Of a DNA stretch of 64,000 nt, positions 9,635 to 18,824 are shown one piece after another. A program made the position numbers and the translations under genes. Within the stretch, counting starts at the first letter, position 1. The number at the start of each line of letters is the position of its first letter. The stretch is from a virus. Where the stretch lies: IMG/VR virus record IMGVR_UViG_3300044950_000375, positions 1-64,000 of that record; one strand, given 5' to 3'. A model generated the notes under the pieces. The model ran no database searches. It saw nothing but the letters and a program-made list of their open reading frames with translations, and was not told where the DNA came from.

Positions 9635-10658
9635 TTCTTTCACCAGCTGGCAACCACTCGAAGAAGTTATTGTGGGTCGTGCGTATCGGCCCGACTACTT
9701 TGAGTTCTTAGATGATAGCCAAGTGCGCAATCAACTGCAACAGATCCTTGCAGAAACTGAAGAGGACCTAGACAATTTATCCAAGACTATTGAGCAGTTT
9801 GGTGCGCGAGTTCGCAGGCCGGACCTAGTGGATAAAGAACAGTTTATCATTGGTCAGATACACAGTTCAGGTGCACCACTACCTCCACTCACACCAAGAG
9901 ACTGGCAAATCACATTAGGCAACCGACTGTTGCGAGTGTTGCCCATGGACGAACTCACTAACTTGTGTGCAGAATATGCCACAGCACAACCTGGATCAGT
10001 TGTGGATCCACACGGCGGTAAATGGAATCCCAATTGCATTTTAAATGGTGCAAGTGCGTCATGCATTGTGCGTGTGGGCCGGGATGTATTTTTTGACAAC
10101 TCAGACTACTTGCGCCCAGATCAAACTCGTTGGATTGTGGACAATGTGTTGGGCCCAGAGTATCGCATACACGAAGCTGTGACAGATGGGCATGGTGATG
10201 CTGTGTTTGCTATTTTGAAACCTGGTGTGATACTGTCAAGCAAACATGATCAGAATCTAAACTTTGAACGTGACTTTCCGGGTTGGGACGTATGTAAGGT
10301 ATGGGATAGTTCAATTTGGGCTGCAATTGAAGTTGGCAAGTTCAAAGCAGAATCAACGCCTGGTGCTTGGTATGTCACAGGACAAACACCCAGTGAACAA
10401 TTTATCAACTTTGTGGACACGTATCTTTCAAAGTGGACTGGTTTTGTACAGGAAACTGTATTTGATGTCAACTGCTTGGTTCTGGACGAAAGCCATGTTA
10501 TTTTCTCGGCCTACAACAAAGATGTGTTTGACTTTTGTAGAAAGCACAAAATAGAACCTATCATCAGTGAACTGCGTCACTCATACTTTTGGGATGGTGG
10601 CATCTCATGTTGCACACAAGACATCCGTCGTCGTGGCGGATTAGAAACTTATCTTTAA
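9618..10658 (+). CDS. amidinotransferase (glycine/inosamine-phosphate amidinotransferase family)
   Basis: NSFTSWQPLEEVIVGR N-terminus, TPRD, HGD, FDVNCLVLD, and C-terminal DGGISCCTQDIRR carrying the catalytic Cys. Confidence 0.88.
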   Translation: MNNIVNSFTSWQPLEEVIVGRAYRPDYFEFLDDSQVRNQLQQILAETEEDLDNLSKTIEQFGARVRRPDLVDKEQFIIGQIHSSGAPLPPLTPRDWQITLGNRLLRVLPMDELTNLCAEYATAQPGSVVDPHGGKWNPNCILNGASASCIVRVGRDVFFDNSDYLRPDQTRWIVDNVLGPEYRIHEAVTDGHGDAVFAILKPGVILSSKHDQNLNFERDFPGWDVCKVWDSSIWAAIEVGKFKAESTPGAWYVTGQTPSEQFINFVDTYLSKWTGFVQETVFDVNCLVLDESHVIFSAYNKDVFDFCRKHKIEPIISELRHSYFWDGGISCCTQDIRRRGGLETYL

Positions 10659-11221
10659 CCCAACATTTCGTTAAACCAAATTTGCAAGGTAAAACGAGTT
10701 ATGTCTTTGGGAACATCATGATGTCTTCCGTGCATAACTTGCATGCCATGAAAGAACCAGGCAAAATTGTCCCGGTACGGCAACTGTACTAGTATCTCAC
10801 CTGCCTCATTGTAAATGGTTGTTCCTGAGTAATCGTGCGGAGTGTTAGTCAAGTACACCTGCATCATATAAGAGCCGCCTGCTTCTTTGTGTGGGCCCAA
10901 TGCACCAAACCCAGTGAGATCGGCCCATATACTGCTTACACTATGTTCTAATCTAATATTCAAGTGTTGTTCAATGGGTTGTTTGAATTCACTGCTATTG
11001 AAAAATTTCACAAGTTCGGCCCATTCGTCACCTTTTTCGTCAAATAAGTATCTAGGACGATTGCCAGTATCACGACACCAGTCTGGTTGAGGCCAATGTT
11101 CACATCCTGGTGTAAATTCTGCACACAGAGCATGCAGCTGATTTAATTGATCTGCACCAAATACCTGATCAATTAACAATACTTGACTGCCTGTTTCGGT
11201 GGTTAGTGTGTTTATGAGCAT
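10655..11221 (-). CDS. putative 2OG-Fe(II) oxygenase
   Basis: LGPHKE (HxE), MQVYL, GTTIY, distal MHG and conserved R (ITRFTLQ), consistent with a DSBH dioxygenase. Confidence 0.65.
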   Translation of the reverse strand: MLINTLTTETGSQVLLIDQVFGADQLNQLHALCAEFTPGCEHWPQPDWCRDTGNRPRYLFDEKGDEWAELVKFFNSSEFKQPIEQHLNIRLEHSVSSIWADLTGFGALGPHKEAGGSYMMQVYLTNTPHDYSGTTIYNEAGEILVQLPYRDNFAWFFHGMQVMHGRHHDVPKDITRFTLQIWFNEMLG

Positions 11222-12696
11222 ACTTTTATTCCATACAATGTTTCAAATCTATCAGCATCTGCGCGATCATTTACCATTGGTTCGCCGCGTATGTTCAAAC
11301 TTGTATTAAGCAACATAGGGCAGCCGGTCTCAGCATACCATGCTTCCAACAGCTTTCTTATACCTGATCCATCCCGGGGTACAGTTTGCACTCGACTAGT
11401 GCCATCAATGTGAATGATTGCTGGATACTGCTCCGGGAATCTACAGTGTGCAACCACTTGCATGTACCTGCTGTCACTCCAACACTTTGGCATGATAAAA
11501 TAACGATCAGCCAACTCTTGCAGTATTACCGGAGCAAATGGTCTAAACTTTTGGCGTCGTTTTATTGCATTGACTTGATCCTTTATGTCTGAACCTCTAG
11601 GATCTGCTAACAATGATCTATTGCCTAGGGCTCTGGGTCCGAATTCCGCTCGGCCAGATGCCACGCCCACAATACGATCAATGAGAAGAGCAGCCATGGC
11701 ACTGTCAACAGGATAATCACCAGGTATATCATGGCCAAGATTAGCACTAGTCCACTGAACACACCCGCCGTAAGCAAGAGCGGCGGCCCCCAGACTACTG
11801 CCAGCATCACCAGGACAAGGCATAATCCATATGTTATCAAAGTATTCACCTAACCTCCTATTGGCCAGGCAGTTTAGTGCTACCCCGCCCATGTAAACCA
11901 AGTTGTTGCTCCATCCAAAGTTTTTTGCACGAGTCATAACTTGATGTATTAGATATTCTGTAAGTTGCTGTGCTGATGCAGCAATATCTGCATTGGTTGC
12001 AAATCCCAAGAACTCCGGCTCAAGCCCTGTGTGTAAGTTTGATTTGAATCGCACTTGTTCTGGGTTGTCTACAAGTGTATCACGCATGACTTCAGTCCAT
12101 TGAGGCCTGCCCCAGCCAGCCATACCCATGGTGATGTATTCTTCGTCTAGTGGGTGTAGGCCAATGCGCTTAGTAATAGCAGAGTAGAATAAGCCAATTG
12201 AATGTGGATAACTTTGCGACCAAAGTTTTTTATATGTTGCGCGATAATTTTTATCATACATTGCTCCCCAGATTGACACTGTGTCCCATTCGCCCACAGC
12301 ATCTATCACAACCACTGTGGCTATGGGATAAGGTGACGTTTGAAAACCAGCAGCCGCATGACACAAGTGATGGTTGTAGTTTTTTATGCGTTTTCCACTA
12401 ATTCTATCGGCGCCAAGCTGTTGCTTGAGTATTTGTCTTGTGGTTACTTTGTTCCACTCAACGCCCTGCCCTGAGTACAATTGACGCAGTTGTTTCAGCC
12501 ACGGACGTTCATAGTACGCAACAGTGTCTACCTGACTCATGTCAATTTCGTCAAGCATGGCCATGGAAATATCAGCATCATTCTTTTGCTTGCTGTAGCG
12601 TTCTGAATGGCCGGCAAACACAATCTTGCCATGCTGATCTAGCAAGGTCAAGGCAGCGTCATGAAACCCTGCGGATACGCCTAGGGTGTGTTTCAT
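11212..12696 (-). CDS. carbamoyltransferase (NodU/CmcH/TobZ family)
   Basis: GFHDAA, ERYSK, HHLCHAA, GGVALNC, PGDAGSSLGAA, EFGPRALGNRS, FRPFAP, DGTSRVQTV, LNTSLNIRGEP. Confidence 0.95.
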   Translation of the reverse strand: MKHTLGVSAGFHDAALTLLDQHGKIVFAGHSERYSKQKNDADISMAMLDEIDMSQVDTVAYYERPWLKQLRQLYSGQGVEWNKVTTRQILKQQLGADRISGKRIKNYNHHLCHAAAGFQTSPYPIATVVVIDAVGEWDTVSIWGAMYDKNYRATYKKLWSQSYPHSIGLFYSAITKRIGLHPLDEEYITMGMAGWGRPQWTEVMRDTLVDNPEQVRFKSNLHTGLEPEFLGFATNADIAASAQQLTEYLIHQVMTRAKNFGWSNNLVYMGGVALNCLANRRLGEYFDNIWIMPCPGDAGSSLGAAALAYGGCVQWTSANLGHDIPGDYPVDSAMAALLIDRIVGVASGRAEFGPRALGNRSLLADPRGSDIKDQVNAIKRRQKFRPFAPVILQELADRYFIMPKCWSDSRYMQVVAHCRFPEQYPAIIHIDGTSRVQTVPRDGSGIRKLLEAWYAETGCPMLLNTSLNIRGEPMVNDRADADRFETLYGIKVCS

Positions 12697-12794
12697 TTGT
12701 AGATAAAAGGATCTCTTTTGCGTAGCTCTTTTAATTTTTTACGATAGCGGTACTCTAGCGTAATTCTGTTCCAAATACTTTTAATCCATTTCAT
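12693..12794 (-). CDS. 33-aa basic peptide translationally coupled to the carbamoyltransferase (not in ORF track)
   Basis: MKWIKSIWNRITLEYRYRKKLKELRKRDPFIYK*. It has ATGA overlaps with both neighbours and exactly fills the gap. Confidence 0.75.
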   Translation of the reverse strand: MKWIKSIWNRITLEYRYRKKLKELRKRDPFIYK

Positions 12795-13828
12795 TTCAAT
12801 CTCCTTATTTGCTGTTCACGATAGTCTGGATCGCTCCAGCGATAATTGTAGGTAGTTTCTCCCCATCCAGTGCGTATGCTCAACACATCAAGATGTTGGG
12901 CCAACTGTGCCCAAATCTTTTTATAATCTTCTGTGCCAAATGATCGCATTAGATCAACCTGTGCCACCTTTGGGTGACCAATGGTGAGACTTTTGTCCTC
13001 TGGATCAAACCCATTGTCCAGTAGCCAGGTGCGGAACTCTGCGAGCTTGGTCTTTTGCCAGTGATAAGCGCCTGGGTCACGGGCCCATTCGATATCAAAG
13101 TCGCCAGCGGCTTCAGTTTGTACACGCAGTCCTGTAGTAACCAGCTCGTTAACCCGCGAATCCCTACCTTCATCATTGAACACCTCCCAGTGATGTTTGC
13201 CAACTGCTTTATTTACACCCAAATAAACACCGCCTAGAGTTCTGTTGATGGTGTCTATACCAAATAACTCATAGTCTTCGGGCTCTAGTGCAAATCGCGG
13301 AGCATTTAACCAGCACATCAGCTGCGATGGTCTGCGCCATTCTGGTGCTTGTACTGCTTTACGCATGGATAGCACAAGGCTTTCCAATTCATGGCACAGC
13401 AAGTTTAGTTGACGTATGTGCCAGCGTGTGGCAGGATCGGCTGAATTGTAGTAATTTGAAATACCCCCTGACCATCCTTGTAGATCTTCAAAGTATCTGT
13501 GCAGTGAATTCATACGTTCATGGTTGATATCTAAGTCTGACTGTACGGTATTTTCTACTGTGTAAGCATCACAATCAATACAATAGCCAACGCCACTTCG
13601 ATTGATGTGATCAATACTAGTATTAATTTGCTCACAAAGGTATCGTGCATTTCGTTCACTTTCTGTCCAGCCCATCCAACAGTAATTCTTTTCCAGATGC
13701 AGATCAGTTCTAATGACGTCATTGAGCGCAGCCAACCATTTACGTCCCAAGCTGTTGTCATCTACATCTATATGTAGCGTTAGCAAGCTGTCCTTACCGC
13801 GTAGGTCTATTTCAATATGATCAAGCAA
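12791..13828 (-). CDS. hypothetical protein
   Basis: 345-aa ORF embedded in the minus-strand operon; no family recognised. Confidence 0.75.
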   Translation of the reverse strand: MLDHIEIDLRGKDSLLTLHIDVDDNSLGRKWLAALNDVIRTDLHLEKNYCWMGWTESERNARYLCEQINTSIDHINRSGVGYCIDCDAYTVENTVQSDLDINHERMNSLHRYFEDLQGWSGGISNYYNSADPATRWHIRQLNLLCHELESLVLSMRKAVQAPEWRRPSQLMCWLNAPRFALEPEDYELFGIDTINRTLGGVYLGVNKAVGKHHWEVFNDEGRDSRVNELVTTGLRVQTEAAGDFDIEWARDPGAYHWQKTKLAEFRTWLLDNGFDPEDKSLTIGHPKVAQVDLMRSFGTEDYKKIWAQLAQHLDVLSIRTGWGETTYNYRWSDPDYREQQIRRLK

Positions 13829-15110
13829 TTTGATCCCACCATTCTTTTATTTCTGGTCTTGCACTTAATATTTCTGCCATAGTGATCTTTTGAGTGCGTA
13901 TGCTTTCTAATTGTAACACTCTAGCCCGGCCTTTTGCAAGACCTGCGCGATATGTATCCGGCCATTGTTCTTCAAATGTAGGACGGGTTTTTAATTGTAG
14001 CAGTACATCACGCATGGCGCCAGCGGAGCGGCCTGCTAGTTCATCTATCCAAGGATCCAACAAGTGTCTAGGTAGCGCAAGTGGACTCATAATGATATCA
14101 GGTGAGAATGAGAATATCACTTTGGCTAATAATTGCACGCCAAGTTCGTTAGCTAACGCATTCATATTATCCACTTCAAACATGCCCGGCAGTGTGAGTG
14201 TAAAGTCCAGTCGCATCTGTCGAGTATTGGTAGCAATCTCTAGACCCTGACGAAAATTGTTTAAAAATATTGGATAGGAGAGACCGGTTCGGATGTATTC
14301 TCCGACGGGGCCTGTGCCGTCAAGGCTTGCGCAGATTTGCCAGTCTCGTAACCCCAACAAAATATCTTTATACAGATTCCAATCACCGTACTTAACACGG
14401 CTAAGATTAGTATTATATCTAGCGTAAACATTTTTTCCATCTCCTAGTTCAATGATGCGGCGCATGTAACGCCAATGCTGTTCGTACATGAGTGGCTCGC
14501 CGCCTACCCAGTAGATTTCTTCTACTCTGTGCTCTTCTACTGCACGACTGAATTCTTCTTCAATTTGTGTGTCTTGAAACTGTGTGATTTCTCTACGTAT
14601 ATCTGGCTGCATCCATGCATTTTTGGTATTACTCCAGTCGATCATTTGATGTTGGCGCTGTTCAGTTTCCCATGCACTACTTAACATATCTCCGCAGGTC
14701 CTGCATTTAAAATTGCATAAGTTTGAAAAACGATAGTCCCAACTTACAGGCAGCATCGAAGTACGGCCATTTAGATCAGTTTTGCCAATCACATCATCAT
14801 ATTTGTGTTGGAAAAGATGCCAAAAGTACGTGCGATAGACATCTGTGTTTAGCAGTTTATCATTGCATACTTCGCACTCTGGTAGTGTTTCACCGGCCAT
14901 CATGCGTCTGCGCACACTCTGCATGTGTGGTGAATTCCAGTGAGCTTCCAGTGTAACAGGGATATACCGTCCAGTGCCGGACCGGGTGTCTATGTATTGT
15001 TCAAAGTTCTGCGCAGGTTCTCTGCTGGCACAACACATTCTGCGTTCAGTTTGCGGACTCAAATATGTGTGAGTCCAAGGTGCCATGCATAGGGTTTCAG
15101 GCTTGTGCAT
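13821..15110 (-). CDS. radical SAM protein with N-terminal Twitch/SPASM-like module (1)
   Basis: CMAPW...MCC...CEVC, then CNFKCRTC and GGEP, YNTN, SLDG..EYIR. Confidence 0.9.
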   Translation of the reverse strand: MHKPETLCMAPWTHTYLSPQTERRMCCASREPAQNFEQYIDTRSGTGRYIPVTLEAHWNSPHMQSVRRRMMAGETLPECEVCNDKLLNTDVYRTYFWHLFQHKYDDVIGKTDLNGRTSMLPVSWDYRFSNLCNFKCRTCGDMLSSAWETEQRQHQMIDWSNTKNAWMQPDIRREITQFQDTQIEEEFSRAVEEHRVEEIYWVGGEPLMYEQHWRYMRRIIELGDGKNVYARYNTNLSRVKYGDWNLYKDILLGLRDWQICASLDGTGPVGEYIRTGLSYPIFLNNFRQGLEIATNTRQMRLDFTLTLPGMFEVDNMNALANELGVQLLAKVIFSFSPDIIMSPLALPRHLLDPWIDELAGRSAGAMRDVLLQLKTRPTFEEQWPDTYRAGLAKGRARVLQLESIRTQKITMAEILSARPEIKEWWDQIA

Positions 15111-16056
15111 TTAGTTGTTGTTCAATCCATCGGTAAGTTTCTGCAAGGCCAGTTTCTAAACTGTCTGGTGGTGCCCAATTTAATATTTGTCTAATCACAG
15201 TGTTGTCACTCACCCGACCCATTACTCCTTGTGGGCCGTTGATATTTTTAATATGCACTGGTTTGCCAACCACTGTGCTAATCAAGCGTACTAGATCATT
15301 CATGGTAATCATTCTGTCAGATCCAATATTAATAGGTTCAGTGTGTGCGCTGGCCATCAATCTATGTATGCCTTCAACACAGTCATCAATGTATAAGAAA
15401 CTGCGAGTTTGTGTGCCTGGTCCCCAAACTTCTACTGTGTCAGTTGCTTGTATGACTTTTCTGCACAGTGCAGCCGGAGCTTTTTCTTTTCCGTCATTAT
15501 AAGTGCCGTCGGGTCCAAATACATTGTGCAGCCTGGCCACACGCACATCAATGCCATAGTTTCTAGCATAACTTGCATACAGTCTTTCGCTGAATAGCTT
15601 TTCCCAACCATACTCACTGTCAGGCTCTGCAGGATACGCTGATGCTTCGTTTAGCACAGGATTGTCAGCATCCATTTGATTGCGTTTGGGGTAGATACAA
15701 GCTGAACTTGAGTAGAATATTTTGGGTATCTTTTTAAAGGTCATTTCATGCAGGATATTCAAATTGATAATGGCTGAATTGTGCATGATGTCAGCGTCAT
15801 TGTCCCCAATAAAGATATAGCCTGCACCTCCCATGTCTGCGGCCAACTGATATATTTCATCAATGTCTTTTCGAAGCAGTCGTGTGACACTGCGTTGATT
15901 GCGCAGATCAACTTGATGGAACTCATCGCAGGCGGTAATGCTAAATTCTGGAAACTTTAAATCAGCGCCAATTACATAATGACCCTGTGCTTTTAAACTG
16001 CGCACAAGATGTGTGCCAATAAATCCGCCTGCGCCACATACCAATATCTTTTTCAT
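15097..16056 (-). CDS. GDP-mannose 3,5-epimerase-like SDR
   Basis: GAGGFIG, LAADMGGAGYI, SSSACIYP, EPDSEYGWEK, KEKAPAALCRK, QTRSFLYIDDC are characteristic of GME. Confidence 0.88.
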   Translation of the reverse strand: MKKILVCGAGGFIGTHLVRSLKAQGHYVIGADLKFPEFSITACDEFHQVDLRNQRSVTRLLRKDIDEIYQLAADMGGAGYIFIGDNDADIMHNSAIINLNILHEMTFKKIPKIFYSSSACIYPKRNQMDADNPVLNEASAYPAEPDSEYGWEKLFSERLYASYARNYGIDVRVARLHNVFGPDGTYNDGKEKAPAALCRKVIQATDTVEVWGPGTQTRSFLYIDDCVEGIHRLMASAHTEPINIGSDRMITMNDLVRLISTVVGKPVHIKNINGPQGVMGRVSDNTVIRQILNWAPPDSLETGLAETYRWIEQQLNAQA

Positions 16057-16652
16057 TTTTCTATTTCCTGCTGATAGTATTCAGCAACCTGCTGATGAAG
16101 CTGACTGTCGGTAATATGATAGTACGGACGATAACATCTTGCAGTCACATGGTCCCACAAGTTGTATTCACTGCGGTATTCACTGTATTGATCAAAATAA
16201 CCTCCTGTACCGCCAAAACTTGCATGCTCAAATCCACCCTGGTCAAATCTAAATGGTCGGTTGCTCTGCACCAATTTGCGCAAGGTGTGTTCTATTGTGA
16301 TGGCATTTTGATATATAGCAAGATCTAAATCAAAAAACTCTGTGTAGTATTCTTTCAAAATTCTTAATGAATTTTGATCAAATGGTGTGGTAATTTCACT
16401 AGCAGTATGATAGCTGAATGGCACATATTCACCGGCATGCAATTTTTCGCCGCGTGTGCAACTTGTAAAATGCACAATCACAAACTCAGCCTTGTCTTGG
16501 ATGGCCTGATTCACCTGGCGTGCTATCAACAGATTGGTGCTGGTGCGACGACTGTAGTTACGCACCTCACAATGCTGGCCCAACAAGTCAGCCCACATTG
16601 GCCCATATTCTGGGTCTGGTGCACAAAAACTATCACCACATATAGCTATCAC
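16053..16652 (-). CDS. SGNH/GDSL-like hydrolase or acyltransferase
   Basis: N-terminal CGDSF block, TSTN block II-like motif, C-terminal YH.. Confidence 0.55.
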   Translation of the reverse strand: MIAICGDSFCAPDPEYGPMWADLLGQHCEVRNYSRRTSTNLLIARQVNQAIQDKAEFVIVHFTSCTRGEKLHAGEYVPFSYHTASEITTPFDQNSLRILKEYYTEFFDLDLAIYQNAITIEHTLRKLVQSNRPFRFDQGGFEHASFGGTGGYFDQYSEYRSEYNLWDHVTARCYRPYYHITDSQLHQQVAEYYQQEIEK

Positions 16653-17617
16653 AAAAACTCCTGTATTACATCAATGATTTCTGTCTTGAATTGACGATGA
16701 ATTATGCTTGTGTCAAAGTAATGATGTTTGTTGTGTTGTAGTTTCTGTTCAGTCACAGCATCAAACTTGCCTGTGCTATAATTTTTCACTGCATCAAATA
16801 CCACAGCAGTGGTTGCTGCAAGTCGTTGATTGTCATCTAAGATTTTGTCGTAATCTTCAGACCAGAGATTTGAGAACGTTTCAAACCCTTCACGCTGCAA
16901 GTATCTGCAGGTACCTTCGCTACCATAGCACACAAACGGATGATATAATGCAATGGGTTTGAAAATCTTTTCACTCACTTCTGTTCTGGAGCTGCTGGCA
17001 TTTTCTAGCAGCACAGCAGAACGCATCCAGCTTTCTACCACCACCGAAAAAGCTGTGGTGTTGTACCATTCAGGATTCATGTACAGGTGCCAAATTACTC
17101 TGGGATTGGCTTCTCCGGGATCGTCAAATGTTCGCCCACGCTCCACATAACTCCAACGAGCATGTGGCAACAAAGGCGCTAGATCTTGTGTGACACGGTC
17201 TTTGTGTTTGCGTATCTTGTTTAACAGCATGAGAAATGAATACTGCACATTGCGCTGCGGTTGATATTGATTGTATTCAAAATTTGTTACAGTTAGGGCA
17301 CTGTTGTACCACAACCAATTTCCACAGCGTAATTCCAGCATGAGTGGATCAATCAGTCTACTACCAGTATCTACATCACTGTCGTACAAATGGTCCACAA
17401 CAATGCGGAATCCTGCCTGTTGAAAATAACGATACCAAGCAGACTCTGGGTTTTTGGCACGCCAAAAAGTTGTTAAGATCACAGTGTCTGCACTATTATA
17501 ATTAACACCTGGCTGGTATTGCACTAGATCAAAGTGCTGTTGCACCAGGTGAGCAATAGCACCTTGTGTGAAATTGGGGTAGTCCTCCTCTAAATATAAC
17601 AATTTAATTTTGGTCAT
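16649..17617 (-). CDS. putative glycosyltransferase, GT10/GT-B-like (paralog 3)
   Basis: FSVVVES...VSEKIFKPIALYHPF...LQREGFETF..WSEDYD. Confidence 0.6.
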   Translation of the reverse strand: MTKIKLLYLEEDYPNFTQGAIAHLVQQHFDLVQYQPGVNYNSADTVILTTFWRAKNPESAWYRYFQQAGFRIVVDHLYDSDVDTGSRLIDPLMLELRCGNWLWYNSALTVTNFEYNQYQPQRNVQYSFLMLLNKIRKHKDRVTQDLAPLLPHARWSYVERGRTFDDPGEANPRVIWHLYMNPEWYNTTAFSVVVESWMRSAVLLENASSSRTEVSEKIFKPIALYHPFVCYGSEGTCRYLQREGFETFSNLWSEDYDKILDDNQRLAATTAVVFDAVKNYSTGKFDAVTEQKLQHNKHHYFDTSIIHRQFKTEIIDVIQEFL

Positions 17618-18824
17618 TGTGATAGTTTAAAATATCAGCCAATTCTGGTGCAACGTCACGCAAGTTTTGTTCTCGTTTGCGATCCAAGTCACGTATCTTC
17701 ATGTTGGTCATAAACCCATCAGTACTTGCACCATTATTCATAAAGTCAATAATGCGATTGAATTCTTCACGGTATTTAGATGGCACTGACGCCGAGCGCA
17801 AATGTTCTGTAATTTGCGCCTTGGCCGAGTCTGGCAGTGTGGCAATTGAAAAATACCATGCGTCATGCATGATATTCCAGTACATAAAGTCAAACCGTTG
17901 CAGTGCTATCCAGTGTGCTAGTTGGTCAATATAACGCACATTAAACACATTGACGGTACTACAGCATTGTAAACGTAGGTTGGGCAGAGAATCTTTGAGA
18001 TATTGAAAACTTGTAATGTTGTCCAGCACCACAGCCCAATCTGCATTGGTGCGTTGATATTCAAATCTTGCACCCACATCGTCAATTGAGAATGCTACTT
18101 CTACTGTTTTAAAATGTCGCCAAATTTCTGGTCCGCGTGTGGGCCATTGTGTGCCATTTGTGTTGTAGTGTATTTCAACTTGATGTGCAATACCACGATC
18201 CACAATGCCTTGCAACATATCAAAGTGTTCAGCAATCATAAATGGTTCACCACCGGTGAATTCAATGTAACGTATGTCATTTAAACAGGTGTCAATTTCT
18301 GTCCAAAATGATTGATTTTCTCTGGGCCAAGCGCCGGCACGAAGCATTTGATAGGGAAATGATTTCTTTTTGTCTTCATCAGGCGGCATATCATTGAGCT
18401 CTTCTGTGGCAAATTGGCTTGATGACCATGATCCGCATATACGGCATTTTAAATTGCAGATGTTGCCCAGTTTTAAATCCAAGAACATTAAGGGCTTGGC
18501 GTCTGCGGTCCATTCACCTGATATGCCCATGTGCTTCATTCTGTCTAGTGTGTGCATGCGTTTTGACGTGCGTCCTGACCGTTCTTCCATCCAGCATTTT
18601 CTACAGGTCTGTGGTTTCTTGCCTGCTAAAAATTCTTCACGCAGTTCAGTCATTGCCCGAGAGTTTTGTATGCTTGCAAAGTCAGCTGTGAGCAATGAAA
18701 ACTTTTCACCGTTATCATCCGTCAGTTCGTCGTCGGCTAAACAACATGGGCGCACTGTGCCAATGGGCGAAGCTTCTAGGCTAACCCAGGGCAATACGCA
18801 AAATTTATCGTGTGGTATGTTCAT
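17604..18824 (-). CDS. radical SAM protein with N-terminal Twitch/SPASM-like module (2)
   Basis: CVLPW...PCC...CRKC; CNLKCRIC; TGGEPF; YNTNGT. Confidence 0.9.
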   Translation of the reverse strand: MNIPHDKFCVLPWVSLEASPIGTVRPCCLADDELTDDNGEKFSLLTADFASIQNSRAMTELREEFLAGKKPQTCRKCWMEERSGRTSKRMHTLDRMKHMGISGEWTADAKPLMFLDLKLGNICNLKCRICGSWSSSQFATEELNDMPPDEDKKKSFPYQMLRAGAWPRENQSFWTEIDTCLNDIRYIEFTGGEPFMIAEHFDMLQGIVDRGIAHQVEIHYNTNGTQWPTRGPEIWRHFKTVEVAFSIDDVGARFEYQRTNADWAVVLDNITSFQYLKDSLPNLRLQCCSTVNVFNVRYIDQLAHWIALQRFDFMYWNIMHDAWYFSIATLPDSAKAQITEHLRSASVPSKYREEFNRIIDFMNNGASTDGFMTNMKIRDLDRKREQNLRDVAPELADILNYHNDQN

